The position numbers and the translations under genes are program-made. A stretch of 64,000 nt of DNA from Botryllus schlosseri (taxonomy: Eukaryota). A model generated the notes under the pieces. It was not told where the DNA came from. It made no database searches and worked only from the letters and a program-made list of their open reading frames with translations. This document shows, piece by piece, positions 14,861 to 26,551 of the stretch. The stretch spans positions 28,398,001 through 28,462,000 of the forward strand of contig CM119372.1 of NCBI GenBank assembly GCA_051294905.1, read 5' to 3'. Positions within the stretch are counted from its first letter, which is position 1. Each line of letters opens with the position of its first letter.

Positions 14861-15184
14861 GAAGGTGTTAATAATCCGAAAGTATTATTCAGGTAGCAAT
14901 CAATAGTGAGGAAAGAGAACACGATCGGTCATTTGACACGACTAAACTACGACATCATATATCATAATTTATGATCAAACTATTTCGCACTGAATGGAAT
15001 AGTGTAATAATCGATAGTAGCGGCTGGACGAGAAATAATTCAGCGCGCAGGTCATTCGAAATATAGGTCGCACTGCTTAATCCTCACAACAAGCCACGTT
15101 TCCGTCCGCGCGGTTATTGTTGGTGACTCGTACATATTCAACACCACGCGAGAGATGTCTGAAAGTGCGAATCACGACCGCATC

Positions 15185-15504
15185 CATAAGAACACATGGC
15201 ACCTCACCAGAGATCTCATAAGAACCAATGACACATCACCAGAGATCTCGTAAGAAACAATGGCACATCACGAGCGATAGGGGGTCTGAAAGGGTGCCAT
15301 CACCAACACGAGTTTTCACGGCACATCACCGACGAAGCCTATACCCGAAAGGGTACCATCACCAGAGATCCCATAAGAACACATGGCACCTCACCAGCGG
15401 AAGGGGGGGTCAAAAGGGTGCCATCACCAATACGAGTTTCGCGGCACCTCACCAGCGGGCCCATAAGAACCCCAGGCAAATCACGAGCGATCTACATAAC
15501 TACT
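15185..15504 (-). repeat. Subterminal 32-bp repeats and putative Polinton-type terminus
   Basis: CATAAGAACACATGGCACCTCACCAGAGATCT-like units at 15185, 15217, 15249 and later. Ends ACATAACTACT, followed by GACATA (candidate 6-bp TSD). Confidence 0.65.
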
Positions 15505-16114
15505 GACATAAAACACCATATTGATTGAGAAGATGAGGAGGCTTTGTCGTAAAGAGGAGTTCATGGTCTACTTTGAACGTAGCGTACGTAAAAAATGTGC
15601 AACTGTTGTCCGAAACCGGTTAAAAAGGTAGCCTACATGTCAATTTGGAAAAGTTAAGTGTGAAAACTATGGAGCCTTTCAAAGAAACTTCCTTAACGTC
15701 TGACAGTGCAGTCAAGCAACACTTGGCAGCAATGTTCCGTGTAAGCTGCGCGCACAGAAAAATCTGATGATCGAAAGACCAAATCCTCGACCCTTTCACT
15801 AATTTCACAATTTCACGAACAGTAATTCGTAATCAGATGATGCGACATCATCTCTTTTGTAGAAAATGTATTGAAATGCGATAAAAAAACTCGATTCCGA
15901 CGCAGCGAACGTCAGAGTTTTGTAAAATTCGAGGAAATCGGCAATCAAGTTAAAGTGATGACCTTAAAAATGCTGGTAAACCGAGAGTCCAGCCGTGGTT
16001 GGCTACCAACATATGTTACGCAATCTTGTTCACGGGACCGCCCAATGAGTTGGTGAGTTTGCGTGAAAAATTAGACGGAACATATTGCTTGGAAGTGTAA
16101 TAGAGCCTATATAG

Positions 16115-16458
16115 TAGGGCTACCATATTTTGGAATCGGGAAATGAGGACACTTTTTCGAAATTTTCAAACCCAGAATTCCGGAGAAAAATCTTGAGAAA
16201 GTGGTAAATTTTTCTCACTTCGCGGTCGATTGACTAAAAGGTCATCTTTCTGGCTCAGCTCCCGAAATACCCGCCGGAGCTTTACTTCGGTGCTGATTTA
16301 CGGTATCTCACTTCAATTACACAGTAAATCTGACCAAAATTCTCAGAAAAGAGGACAAAATCTCAAAAAGGAGGACATTTCGGCGTCCTCGGAGGACGTT
16401 TTCAAAATCCTGAAAAAGGAGGACAAATACTCCTGTAGGAGGACGTATGGTAACCCTA
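16115..16458. mobile_element. hAT (Blackjack-like) MITE
   Basis: TIR TAGGGCTACCATA...TATGGTAACCCTA, GGAGGAC subterminal repeats, imperfect TSD CTATATAG/GTATTTAG. Confidence 0.75.
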
Positions 16459-16904
16459 GTATTTAGCAAACAGGCAAGTCGTAATTCTTTCAAAGAAGAA
16501 AATCATGTTAGTGGTCTTTAACAAGAATGCGAGAGCTTTTCCTTGCTGGAACTTCCTTAGAACCACGTATTCATATTTCATATCAAAAAGCAGCATTAAA
16601 TAAAGCTTCAGGTATTGCATTTAGGTTGCATGCATAATGTCGTAAATAAATTTAGGGTTACTTTTGATATTTGAAGGTTCACCAGTCCACAACATTTGTC
16701 TGATGGTTTTACCGGTCCGCAAGGTAGAAAACGCTGGCAACCACTATTGTAGATGATTTTATGGATGTTTATCCTACACAGTGTTCATCCCTGTCACTAT
16801 TGGACCATACCGTTATATGAGGTGTTGCCGTGCTAAGTTTCACCTCTTTGATGCATTGCTAGTTACGGATTGCATTTTGATCCATGGAGTAGTATAGTTG
16901 CGAC

Positions 16905-17505
16905 CAGTGGTGGCTTTTGGGGTGGGCGAGGTGGGCGGTCGCCCGGGGCCCCCTGGTCGAAGGGTCCCCTTATTTGGTTTTAGCGCTTTCTTTCAAGAGT
17001 TATAGTGAATAGACGTTGAAATCCGTGTACCAATGAAGAAGATGATACCGTTCCGATGGGTCAATAATCAAATCTCAGTATTCGTTAGAAGTATCTCATA
17101 TCCCGATAATCACCAAGTCTCTGGATGCGGTAGAGGTAGGCTACTTAGTTTTGATGTAGTCTATTCTAGTAACCATGCAATAATAGATATGACGTAATCC
17201 GGCACCTGGCTCAAACCTTGACGTGGTGTGCTGGCTTATTACTAATTTCAGCCGCTAGCTTTCCAGATTAGTGTGGTCTATTTAGCCTGTAGCAGCTGTA
17301 TTGCTATTATATTTAGGCCTGTTTCAAAGCCATGTTATAATTTCATATACGTAACACATAATACCGCTCCATACGACGCACTAATACTAAGTTGGTATGC
17401 GAAGGGGGTTCTGGGGGGCTACGCCCCCAAGAAGCTACGATTACATAATTATAGCCCCCCCCGGAAGTCTCGCCCAGGGTACCCCCAATCGTAGGGCCAC
17501 CACTG
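16905..17505. mobile_element. hAT-type MITE
   Basis: TIR CAGTGGTGGC...GCCACCACTG; TSD GTTGCGAC/GTTGTGAC. Confidence 0.85.
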
Positions 17506-17878
17506 GTTGTGACCAAAGTTGTTGATCCCGATGTGCATATAATTAGAATTTTATCTCTAGGGCAAATGATAAAATTTGAGTCTTCTGTCGTGAAGTGATA
17601 TGTTGTGCTTCGGATTCACTCTTGAAGGTTCGCAATGCCGAACATGATATCATTATACAGGTAATATATCTATTCAATCCGCTCCCTATAATCGCACCAT
17701 TTCAAATTACAAGAGATTTCTATAGAAGAAAGCAAGCAATTTGATTTTGTTGGTCAGTTATGTATAAACCAAATGCTTTTCAATAAAATCTGATATTTCA
17801 ATTCATCTCTCAGTTATGGTTAAACAAGGGCGCCAGGCGCGAAATTTTTTTATGGTTAATGAATGAAATTGGTTCATT

Positions 17879-18360
17879 ATAGGGATGGAGTGAACCTCTG
17901 AAAGGTTCAGGTTCATGTCAACGCGATACTTTTTGAAAGGTTCTGTGTGAACGCGAACGTAAACCTCAAGACGTCACGTGACGTCATATTGCTAATTCCA
18001 ACCCTACATTTCAGTGAAGTGATAGCCTATATTAATGTACACGATTCCTAGCGACGACTCGGGCCACATAATCCGCAATGCTGAAGTACATATTGACGTT
18101 ATAAATGTCGCCAAATATATCAACTGTGGCAATCAAATGATATAATAATCCCATAAAATCAATATCTTCCGTCGCTTTGTCAACAATTTCGAGGAGGACT
18201 TACAAGGGAATATAAGCTTACGCCTTAACGGTCTAGGCCAGCCGGACAATGTATTCGGCGTCCGAGTATTGCTACGTTGATATTGAGCAGAGTGTAAAAC
18301 GAGTTTATGTACTTGCTACCGATATGACCCCTTTAAAAAGTTATATACCAGTAGCCAACT
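17879..18360 (+). mobile_element. Partial copy of the TAGGGATGGTGTGAAC MITE family
   Basis: Matches the left part of 32599-34341. Confidence 0.75.
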
Positions 18361-18930
18361 AGTCGTGCGAAGCGAATAAGTGAAATAATTTGATCAATAA
18401 TAAATTGGCGCGTGTGCATGAGTGGTGTCCTTTGTTATTATAATTACTTCGTTGAAGCACGGTTATTTAGTAACCTCTGGTAAAGATTGACGCCACTTTA
18501 AAGATTGGAATCGCTGATACATACCAGACCAAATTAAAATATAAAACTCCTTTGATCAGACTCGTGCGATTTCAAAAGGGAGGTGGCGATATTTTTCCTG
18601 TGTCAGTCGCATTCATGTAGGACGGGTCTGATTGCAGGGACAAGATCATTAGGCGCCAGCCATTTAAGCAACCGACAATCTATATCAAAGGAGGCTTCGG
18701 AATACATGCATCGGTTTTAGGGCCGTCAATCATTTTGGGAGTGCACTTTGCAGAGTCGCGTGTAACCTACTCTATTATGTCTTCGTGTGTCCTGGAACGG
18801 AAATTGCCAGAACTAACAGTACCCAACCCCCATACTGAACAATAACACCCCTGGACTCAATCAACTCAACGACCTCGGGCTACTCTATAAAATTTATCTA
18901 CTGGTACTGTGTATTCTCATACTTGAAAAT

Positions 18931-19160
18931 GTAATGGTTATGCGTCCGGCTTCTCGAGCGGTAGGTCGTGGGTTCGATCCCCGGCCGGGTCATACCAAAG
19001 ACTCGAAAATTGGCATCCGCAGCTATCCTACTAGGCGCTCAGCAATTACGGATAGCATGGAGGAGAAAAAAAACGGGAGCGCAGACTAAATGACCTCATG
19101 GGGCCGTATCGCAACTCCGTCGTCAAAGCATCTCGATGGTGCAGGCGAAAAATAATATCA
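18931..19160 (+). mobile_element. tRNA-derived SINE
   Basis: A/B-box-like head (GTAATGGTT...GGGTTCGATCCCCGG) followed by a non-tRNA body (GGTCATACCAAAGAC...GGCGCTCAGCA). Confidence 0.7.
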
Positions 19161-20943
19161 TATCTTTCTCTCTCTCAACTATGGGTATTTGCGGAAGAAT
19201 GTTTTTTCGAAACATCGGTAATAAAATCAAGACATGTGTGTGGACACTTAGGGTGGATTGCACAGATGTCGATTAATCCCTAATCGCCGATTAAACGTCA
19301 GTAATCGACTGGCTTCCGTGGCACAGATACCGATCTGCCACTAATCGGTGAATTTTAATCGGCCAAATGTAATCCGCCGAGCGAGGTGTCTAGAAAGTTA
19401 ATCGGCTGTGTGCTTCGCGTTGACTGCGGTCCGGGCTGGCTATATTATGTACACTAGTATTTGGTATTGAGATGGTGTTAACTGGATGTTCTGACGCGCA
19501 GTTGCGGTATTAGCTGAAAATATTGTACTCAGACACTACTACAACTGTTGTTGGCGCATATTATGGGCGTAGGCCTACCACAGCCGATAGTACCTTATGC
19601 TATGATTACCGGTATGACATTTTTTACAGACTGTACACTGTACGATAGTATACTTTGGAAATAAAATACGAGGACGGAAAATTGCAACAGACAGGAAAAG
19701 TTTCGAATAATTGAATTGATAGAAGAATATATTGAAACCAAGGAAGACAAAAAGACTGATAGCAAAACAAAAAGATGCGGCCTGAGATGTAATCAGTAAG
19801 AAATATGCAGCTATGAATACTGGTCCTGCGCGTGCAGCCGTACAACTTGCCAAATCCAGAATGTATTGAAAAATTTGAAACGAAAAGCAAAAAAGATATA
19901 TGCATCACGACGCGTCGAACGGGCCAAAACTGGCCCGGACCTCCAGTTGACGAACTCCTTGGAAAAGGTTTTCGATAGGTAATTCTACTGGCAATTCTTT
20001 AAAATTCGCAGTAGGAGATGTATTGTTTCCATCTGTGTTAATCGTGACTCTCTGCGTGCTTCATACTCACGTTTTCACGCTCGTTTTGAACTGAATAGAC
20101 AAATTTTGATGATCTTGAAAAACATGGATTTATTTTCTTTTTGTAATGGCCAACAAACTAACCATATCCAGAGACTGCTGCACGTCATCAGCTATACGAA
20201 AACGACACATGGGGAACACTGCTCGGCAAATTCCTAATCTGAACCACTCCTTGATCAATCTGCAATTTATTTTTATAGCACTGGTATATTTATTATCACT
20301 TTTCAGACTGTGCAGTGCAGGTGCCTGAGAAGTATCGTTGGCCATATTATTGTTAGGCTTGCAACTTGACTTGAAGATTTGACTTCGAATCAGGATTTCT
20401 CATACCGTATGTCATATTGAAGCAGTGACTCGAGTCGAATCTATTCATCCTATTCCCACTCGAGTCAAGTCATGATTTTAGTCATCCATCCTTCCTGTGT
20501 TTCGCGAGGTTAAGATAAACCGTGAAAGAATAATTTGAAAGTAGCTTTTCTAATGTATTTCCAACTAAAATTTTTAAATAAAATGTTTATTCAGATGCAT
20601 ATTCCGAAGATTCAGTTTGCACCTTCATAATCGACGAGGATGTGAACACAGAGCCTGGTTCTTCATGTCACAACAGTGATGGTAAGTTGAGGTACTAATT
20701 TGAAATCGATATGAATCGTGTTGGTACTAACATAGGCACACGGATACTTCAAATAGAACATTGCGGGTTGTTTTGATTGACATTAACATTGCTCTATTGA
20801 ATCAATATAACTGTTGTTAACCATAGTTTTCTTGCAGCAAATGAAATTGCTGCCTTCTCGTTGTTGATGGCGATGTGACGCTTCCTTCAGTTCCTTCGAC
20901 AGACTTCAGGATGGAACACCAGACCGGTAAGTGTTAGCATACA

Positions 20944-21225
20944 ATGATGGTGATGCAACCCACAGTTTATTCATTACTACATTCAGATATGCAAGATGAA
21001 ACAGAGAACACAAAAAGCTCAATGCCAATTGTCTCGAAAAAGAGAGCCAGGTGTGTTGATGAAAAAAATCATATTTTAACTATAATGTTGGTGATCAAAA
21101 TGTGGTGTTCAGAAATGAGCGTCCTGGAAATGGCGAAGGAGCAGCATGATATCAGAATGAAATATTTTGACTTACAGATGCATATCAAGTACCAGAAACT
21201 GGAAATGGAAAAAGAACTGCACTGA
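20944..21225 (+). pseudogene. 3' part of the Harbinger accessory (Myb/SANT-type) gene, coiled-coil C-terminus
   Basis: SVLEMAKEQHDIRMKYFDLQMHIKYQKLEMEKELH; its position opposite the transposase remnant fits Harbinger organisation. Confidence 0.5.
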
Positions 21226-21499
21226 AAATTCTACAGTAGAACTCTACAATACTAAGCGAGTTGTGTAGATTCAATTTCCAAATTTTCACATATTCAGTAA
21301 TCCCTATTCTGATTTAATTGAAAAATAACTACCGTGTCTATAATTCTATTCTAATTTGTAAAAATATGCAGCCATAATTATCATCATAGTCTAATTTTGA
21401 AAAGCTGATTTTCCAGTTGTCCAATTCTGACTACAGCATAGGGTATTGGATCTCGTAATAAAAATAATTGACGAGGAATTGAATGTGTGGTTATTGTGT

Positions 21500-21728
21500 T
21501 CAAACACGAGATGAAATAAATACTCAAGACATTCCAGAGAAGTGATTTTGAACAATCTGTCATCGCTGAAGTTGTGCTCGGTTGTGCCGTCACGTTATCG
21601 GTGTCGCTAACCTCCAGGGTATATTCCAATGGATTTTCTGTGTCTTTGACCAACCTTCTTGGCACTCTCTCTTCTACTAGGCTCTCTAACATCTGGAGGG
21701 TAGCAAGAATATCGAGGTATGGATCCAT
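21500..21728 (-). pseudogene. Harbinger transposase N-terminus, catalytic core missing
   Basis: MDPYLDILATLQMLESLVEERVPRRLVKDTENPLEY resembles HARBI1-type N-termini (RR..RD..NPLE). No DDE core follows. Confidence 0.55.
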
Positions 21729-24700
21729 TGTTATTCTCAGTCGGTATTGCAATATATTCATGTAGCTCTCTATAAAACAGGTTGTATTGAATTTTATGGT
21801 TGACCAAATTCTTGATAAACTGAAGTGGGGTTTGGCTGTCAACAAACAAGATTACTCAACTGGGTAACAGCAGGATAACTTGCATTGCAAAATTGTAACA
21901 TAAATGCATTACTGTTTGTACAGCACTTGAGCACATGTATGCATATGACTTATTATATGATAAAATCGTCACATTGCACAACAGTTAGATCCTTGCAACG
22001 GCTGAAATTTACTTCTACACTCCTGCAGAGTCAATTGTCATAGGTTTGGAGAAATCAAAATCGTATGCAAATGTTTGTGTATGAACTCAATTTGTATATA
22101 ATCACATTGGTGAAGCGGCTATCATGACTAATGCACCAAAAGACGGAAAATAAAATTATATCTGAAAGTATCTATCTAGTTCTAGATGTCCCTGAGTAAT
22201 GAGATAAATGTCCTGCAATATACGAAATTTGTAGTAGAGTTTCTGGCATAGCAATACCGGTATAAGACGATGATTTTGGTACGATATTCCTACAATACCT
22301 CTTTTCATAACCTCAAAACGTTTGTTCTGACGGGTTCTGGCGTTCATAACCTTACACTGTGCAGTAGCAACAGTTTAGTTAGCTGCTATACGCACATGAC
22401 ATCAACTAAACATTCATATCTATGAAGAGCGCATCTCTCCCTTATGACGACACAGTTCATATCGCCACCGACCGAAAACAGCTGATTGCTAACGTACGTC
22501 ATTTGCGTCGATTTGCGTCAGTAATCCGCGATAAGATAACTCACAGGCGAATCCGTATCTGTACCACAGAGTCACCAGGTGACCTTGCTCGCTGATTAAA
22601 TTATCGCCGATTAAGGCAATCGGTGATTACTTTTCAATCGGCATCTGTGCAATCCACCCTTAATTGCACGAAACGCGAATAGCTTTTTTAGGTTACATTC
22701 AACTGCCCAGAATACTTCAATATTTATTGATTTAACGAAAATTTTCCCAAAATTGGGGGGATTTCTCGGATCCATACTTAGTTCTATAAGTTCACAATCA
22801 TTCTCTGTTTCACCTCTGTAATGCCCGCAATAGGCTATTGTTGCTCCAAACCAATCGTTACCTAGCTTTAACACTAGAACATTCAATAACCAGGTATCTC
22901 GTTTTATTATTAAATCACCAACGTACAATGCGCTTACAGAATCATTGCCGTTAGCGAACTTCTTGAACTGGTAGAAGCACATAATCACAAATCAGCAAGC
23001 CGCTGCGGTCGTGATCATTCAAGCATAGCTGACTAACCAATCAAGAGACGTGATTTCGTGTTTACTAGTCTTCTCGCCGTTCTATGGTCATTAATACGGC
23101 CACTCTACGACAGCTACTTTCAAACGCATTTAGACAAATCTTAACGACTTTCCCGTGAGCTTATTGCAGGTTCATAGAGTTTTTTTTATTATCAATAATC
23201 TATAGAATGAGTCATGGATACGAATCATTTTCGAGATTTTCCAAATTATGGACAACCCTAATGCCATTGGCGCTTAAACTTAATCTGCGACCAAAATGCG
23301 AGTATTATTGGCATCTCGCATGTCGCGACCCAAGCCTAGCATCGAAATAATGCATTTTTGATGTCAGTATGCTACGTTTTACGGTCGTATACGAAATAGA
23401 AAAGATGCAGACAACCAGTTGCACGCAACGCAATTCTAAGAAACATGTGTGAAGCGCGCGATTTCAAATTTTGAAGTAATCGGGATTATTCGGTTCCGAT
23501 CATTACGTCGATCGGACACATCAATATCGAAGGATTTAACCAAACAGCATTTTGAGCCAAAGTTTTAGTGTCGCCGATTTTTTTGGCACCACACTTTGCC
23601 CAGTCCGATGTTGTTCAACGCTTCACGTCTTCATTTGGGCATTCCCACTTCATCTCGAACACTGGGGGCGACAAAGATAACTCGACACAAAACATTGAAT
23701 CCTGGCAGCTTACATAGCTGTGAATTTCGGAGAGTCGTATGATATGGCTGTTGTTATATTCGACATTGTGAAACGAATAGGGCCGTTCCAAAAATGCCTG
23801 TGTGTAATAGTCCAGCACCCGCACATTGCATTGAAGAACCCTAACGGTCCCCGACACCGTTAAGCGATATTATAAATATACCGTTCTTTCACAATCGCGA
23901 ATAATATTCAATTCATTTTTGTAAATTATACGTATTGAAAAATATTGGATGCGGTATTTATGCTGTGTCCCTGCCACTACTCTGCTAGAGTATAATCCAC
24001 GCAAGTTACAGATTTCCAGAGAAGCCAATGTCATTCATTCCTTATCTTAACATGAAACCAATTGAGATTGGTACATTTTCCTGATCAAGGCCCATTGTCG
24101 CAAAGTTTTTTGTCGCAAGAAATCCAGTAAATATTTTGTCCATGGGCTGCTATATTATGATATGATGGGTACTTGCCAGATTGCGCAACGGTAGATAAAA
24201 ACGAAAATGTAGAAGTAGCCTACTTATCGTTACTGACCACCTCTGAAAAACAGTACATTGAAGTAAAGCGATCACTTGGCATCGATTGTTCGTTGGTATC
24301 GATTTCCCTTGACGAGAGTCAGCGGAAAATATGCCGGCTCATTTCAATATGAATATACTATTGAATCCTACAGTATTGTATAACAAAGTGGTTTGGTTAC
24401 ACTTGCATACCACGTAATAATCGTTATGTGCCTAATGTTATGCATCTCCTGAAATCCGGTTGGCAAATTGATACAAAAGCCCATTGTGTTATTCGCTTTC
24501 AATGCAATGACTAATATATCGAATTTAATAGTATATATTTCCTTCATATTTGAATATAAGGCGGTATCCTACAACGAATTTTACTTGTCTGTTGTAATCG
24601 ACTGCGTGTATGGTAAAATGTGCGCGGTGTTTGTTATAAGTATAATAGCATTACTTCGATGTAAGGTTTGTCTATATGTGATATATACCTGCATGAGTTA

Positions 24701-25126
24701 AGTATGTTCAATGTTCATGATAATAACTCATTAATTTCTGGAAAACGTCGGTTAACATTCTTTCAATAATTAAGGAACGGGATACTTGAAACATGATTTC
24801 TGACTTCTCAGAAGCTGTCGTTATACTTCGTCAGTTGGTTTGAAGTGATATGCAGATACTTTTAGCTATACTCCAAACTTGTCCAAGGTTAAATTCGTCA
24901 TTATACGATGTTCATATTCTTCAAGACTACGGACCATAAACATAGTTTACTGCCTGCATTTTTTACACAGTGGACTATGCCGGTCCTACGTTACACTTGA
25001 ACGGGGTAGCCTAAACAATATACACGGTGTCACTTATTTCATTTATCCCTCTAACGTGTAGACAACTTCATTGTTTTATCACGCATACCCACAAGAGATT
25101 TGAATCAGATAGGCCTAACTGATGAT

Positions 25127-26551
25127 ATGAGGGGACTAGTACTTGCAACGTTTCTTGTGCTGGCTATGGTGACATCGAGTCATGCATGGTTTCACGTTCA
25201 CCTTCACAATTGTTGGTAAGATTTATCAACACATATATATGGCTTGTATAATTGATCTAAATTGCTTGATAAATTGCTTGATAAATTGATCTCATTGCTC
25301 TAAACGCCTAGGACAGTGGTTCTCAAAATTTTTTGGACACGCCCCCCATTATGATAGAGAAAAATTTCGCGCCCCCCCTTATCGTCATATCACAAAATGC
25401 AACGAGAATGCTGGTAATCCCAACGGATAGTTTGATGGCATGGGAGGTTATGACTGTTGATGAGAGAGTTCTAAAATATGAAATTAGGACAGTACACACA
25501 GCAATAACTATGAATTAGAGGTAAATCGCGCCGAGTGCGAAAATTTTTCAAGTTCGCAGCTTCGCCCCTCCCCTCTTCAGATGCTTTCACGCGCCCCAAT
25601 GGGGCGCGCCTTCCAGTTTGAGAACCACTGGCCTAGGCTACTCTATTACATATAGCACATATACGTCACCATCAATATTGGTCGGTCGTTTAAATTCACT
25701 AACGACCTGCCCCACGTTCCGACATAACCTGTATGCGTCATGCGATCGCAAGATCGACCGGAATTTTCAAGCAAAATCCCGATGCGCTTTGTCTCGCTTC
25801 GTTTACTCTGTTTCCTTATAAGGGCGGGTAAGATTGAACCAACTTTCCGCACTTACGATTTCGATTATTATTGATACATCATTACTTTACTCGAGTCACA
25901 GTGGTTCGTGACATTGTCCAAATACGTTTTCGATTTCCCGGTGCCATTAATGTCCACATCATTATCCAGCGTTACTGTTTGCTTACTTTGTAGGGATGAA
26001 GCCGGAGAGCCCGGCGAGCATGAAAAGTCCGAAGAGCACGGGCGTGAATGGCATGAAGATGTTCATGAGCACCTGAACCCTGCGCGTAGAAAGTAAGATT
26101 TAGCGATATCTAAATATATAATTTGTAGACGATTGTATGCATTGTGTCTGTCGAAACATGTCGTACATTATCATGAATGCCTGATCTACTCCACACAAAA
26201 GATAGACGTCACCGTCAATGTTGTTTGGTAGATTAGGTCACTGACGACCAACCCTCGCGTTCGGAGGTAACGTATAAGCGCATGCGGGTAGAACATAAGA
26301 TGAAAACAAAATGAGAAGGGCTCTGTAACATAATATTTGCCTCGCTCTACTATTGGGATGTAATAGATTGTCTTACCTCTTCCTCCTCCTCCATTTCGTG
26401 ACATTGACAAAATACTTTTGCGCTTCCAGATGACAATGTGCGCACCTCATTTACGAGGGTCAATGTTTGCTTACTTTGTAGAGATGAAGAGGGAAAGCCC
26501 GAGGAGCACGAACATGAAACGAATGAAGATATTACAGGTATCATTGCATAA
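25127..26551 (+). CDS. Secreted His-rich peptide precursor A (85 aa). Exons 25127-25215, 25994-26092, 26482-26551: MRGLVLATFLVLAMVTSSHA-WFHVHLHNCW-DEAGEPGEHEKSEEHGREWHEDVHEHLNPARRK-DEEGKPEEHEHETNEDITGIIA
   Basis: Signal-peptide-like N-terminus. GTAAG donors and TACTTTGTAG acceptors, both introns phase 2 and in frame. Structure conserved in paralog B. The 3' end is less certain: exon 2 could stop at AAG TAA, or exon 3 could splice at 26538. Confidence 0.8.
25314..25630. mobile_element. hAT (Charlie-like) MITE in intron 1 of gene A
   Basis: TIR CAGTGGTTCTCAAA...TTTGAGAACCACTG; TSD GCCTAGGA/GCCTAGGC; absent from paralog B. Confidence 0.9.

Larger units (their letters stand above)
1..15504. mobile_element. 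Probable non-autonomous Polinton/Maverick-like element, right part (left end outside window)
   Basis: Ends ...GATCTACATAACTACT at 15504 (reverse complement AGTAGTTATGTAG; AG...CT termini with AGT repeats are typical of Polintons). Preceded by subterminal repeats. I found none of the MITE families that fill the rest of the window, and no recognisable pPolB, integrase or capsid ORF. Confidence 0.55.
19251..22659. mobile_element. PIF/Harbinger element, internally deleted
   Basis: TIR GGGTGGATTGCACAGATG...CATCTGTGCAATCCACCC with 3-bp TSD TTA on both sides; two convergent gene remnants inside. Confidence 0.9.

Noticed and set aside
15228..15506. 92-aa His/Arg-rich ORF
   Set aside because: Translation of subterminal repeats; no coding evidence.
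15670..15770. SDSAVKQHL, reminiscent of a Penelope GIY-YIG tail
   Set aside because: Too short; no other motifs nearby.
18931..18990. tRNA gene
   Set aside because: No complete cloverleaf, and it continues into a SINE body.
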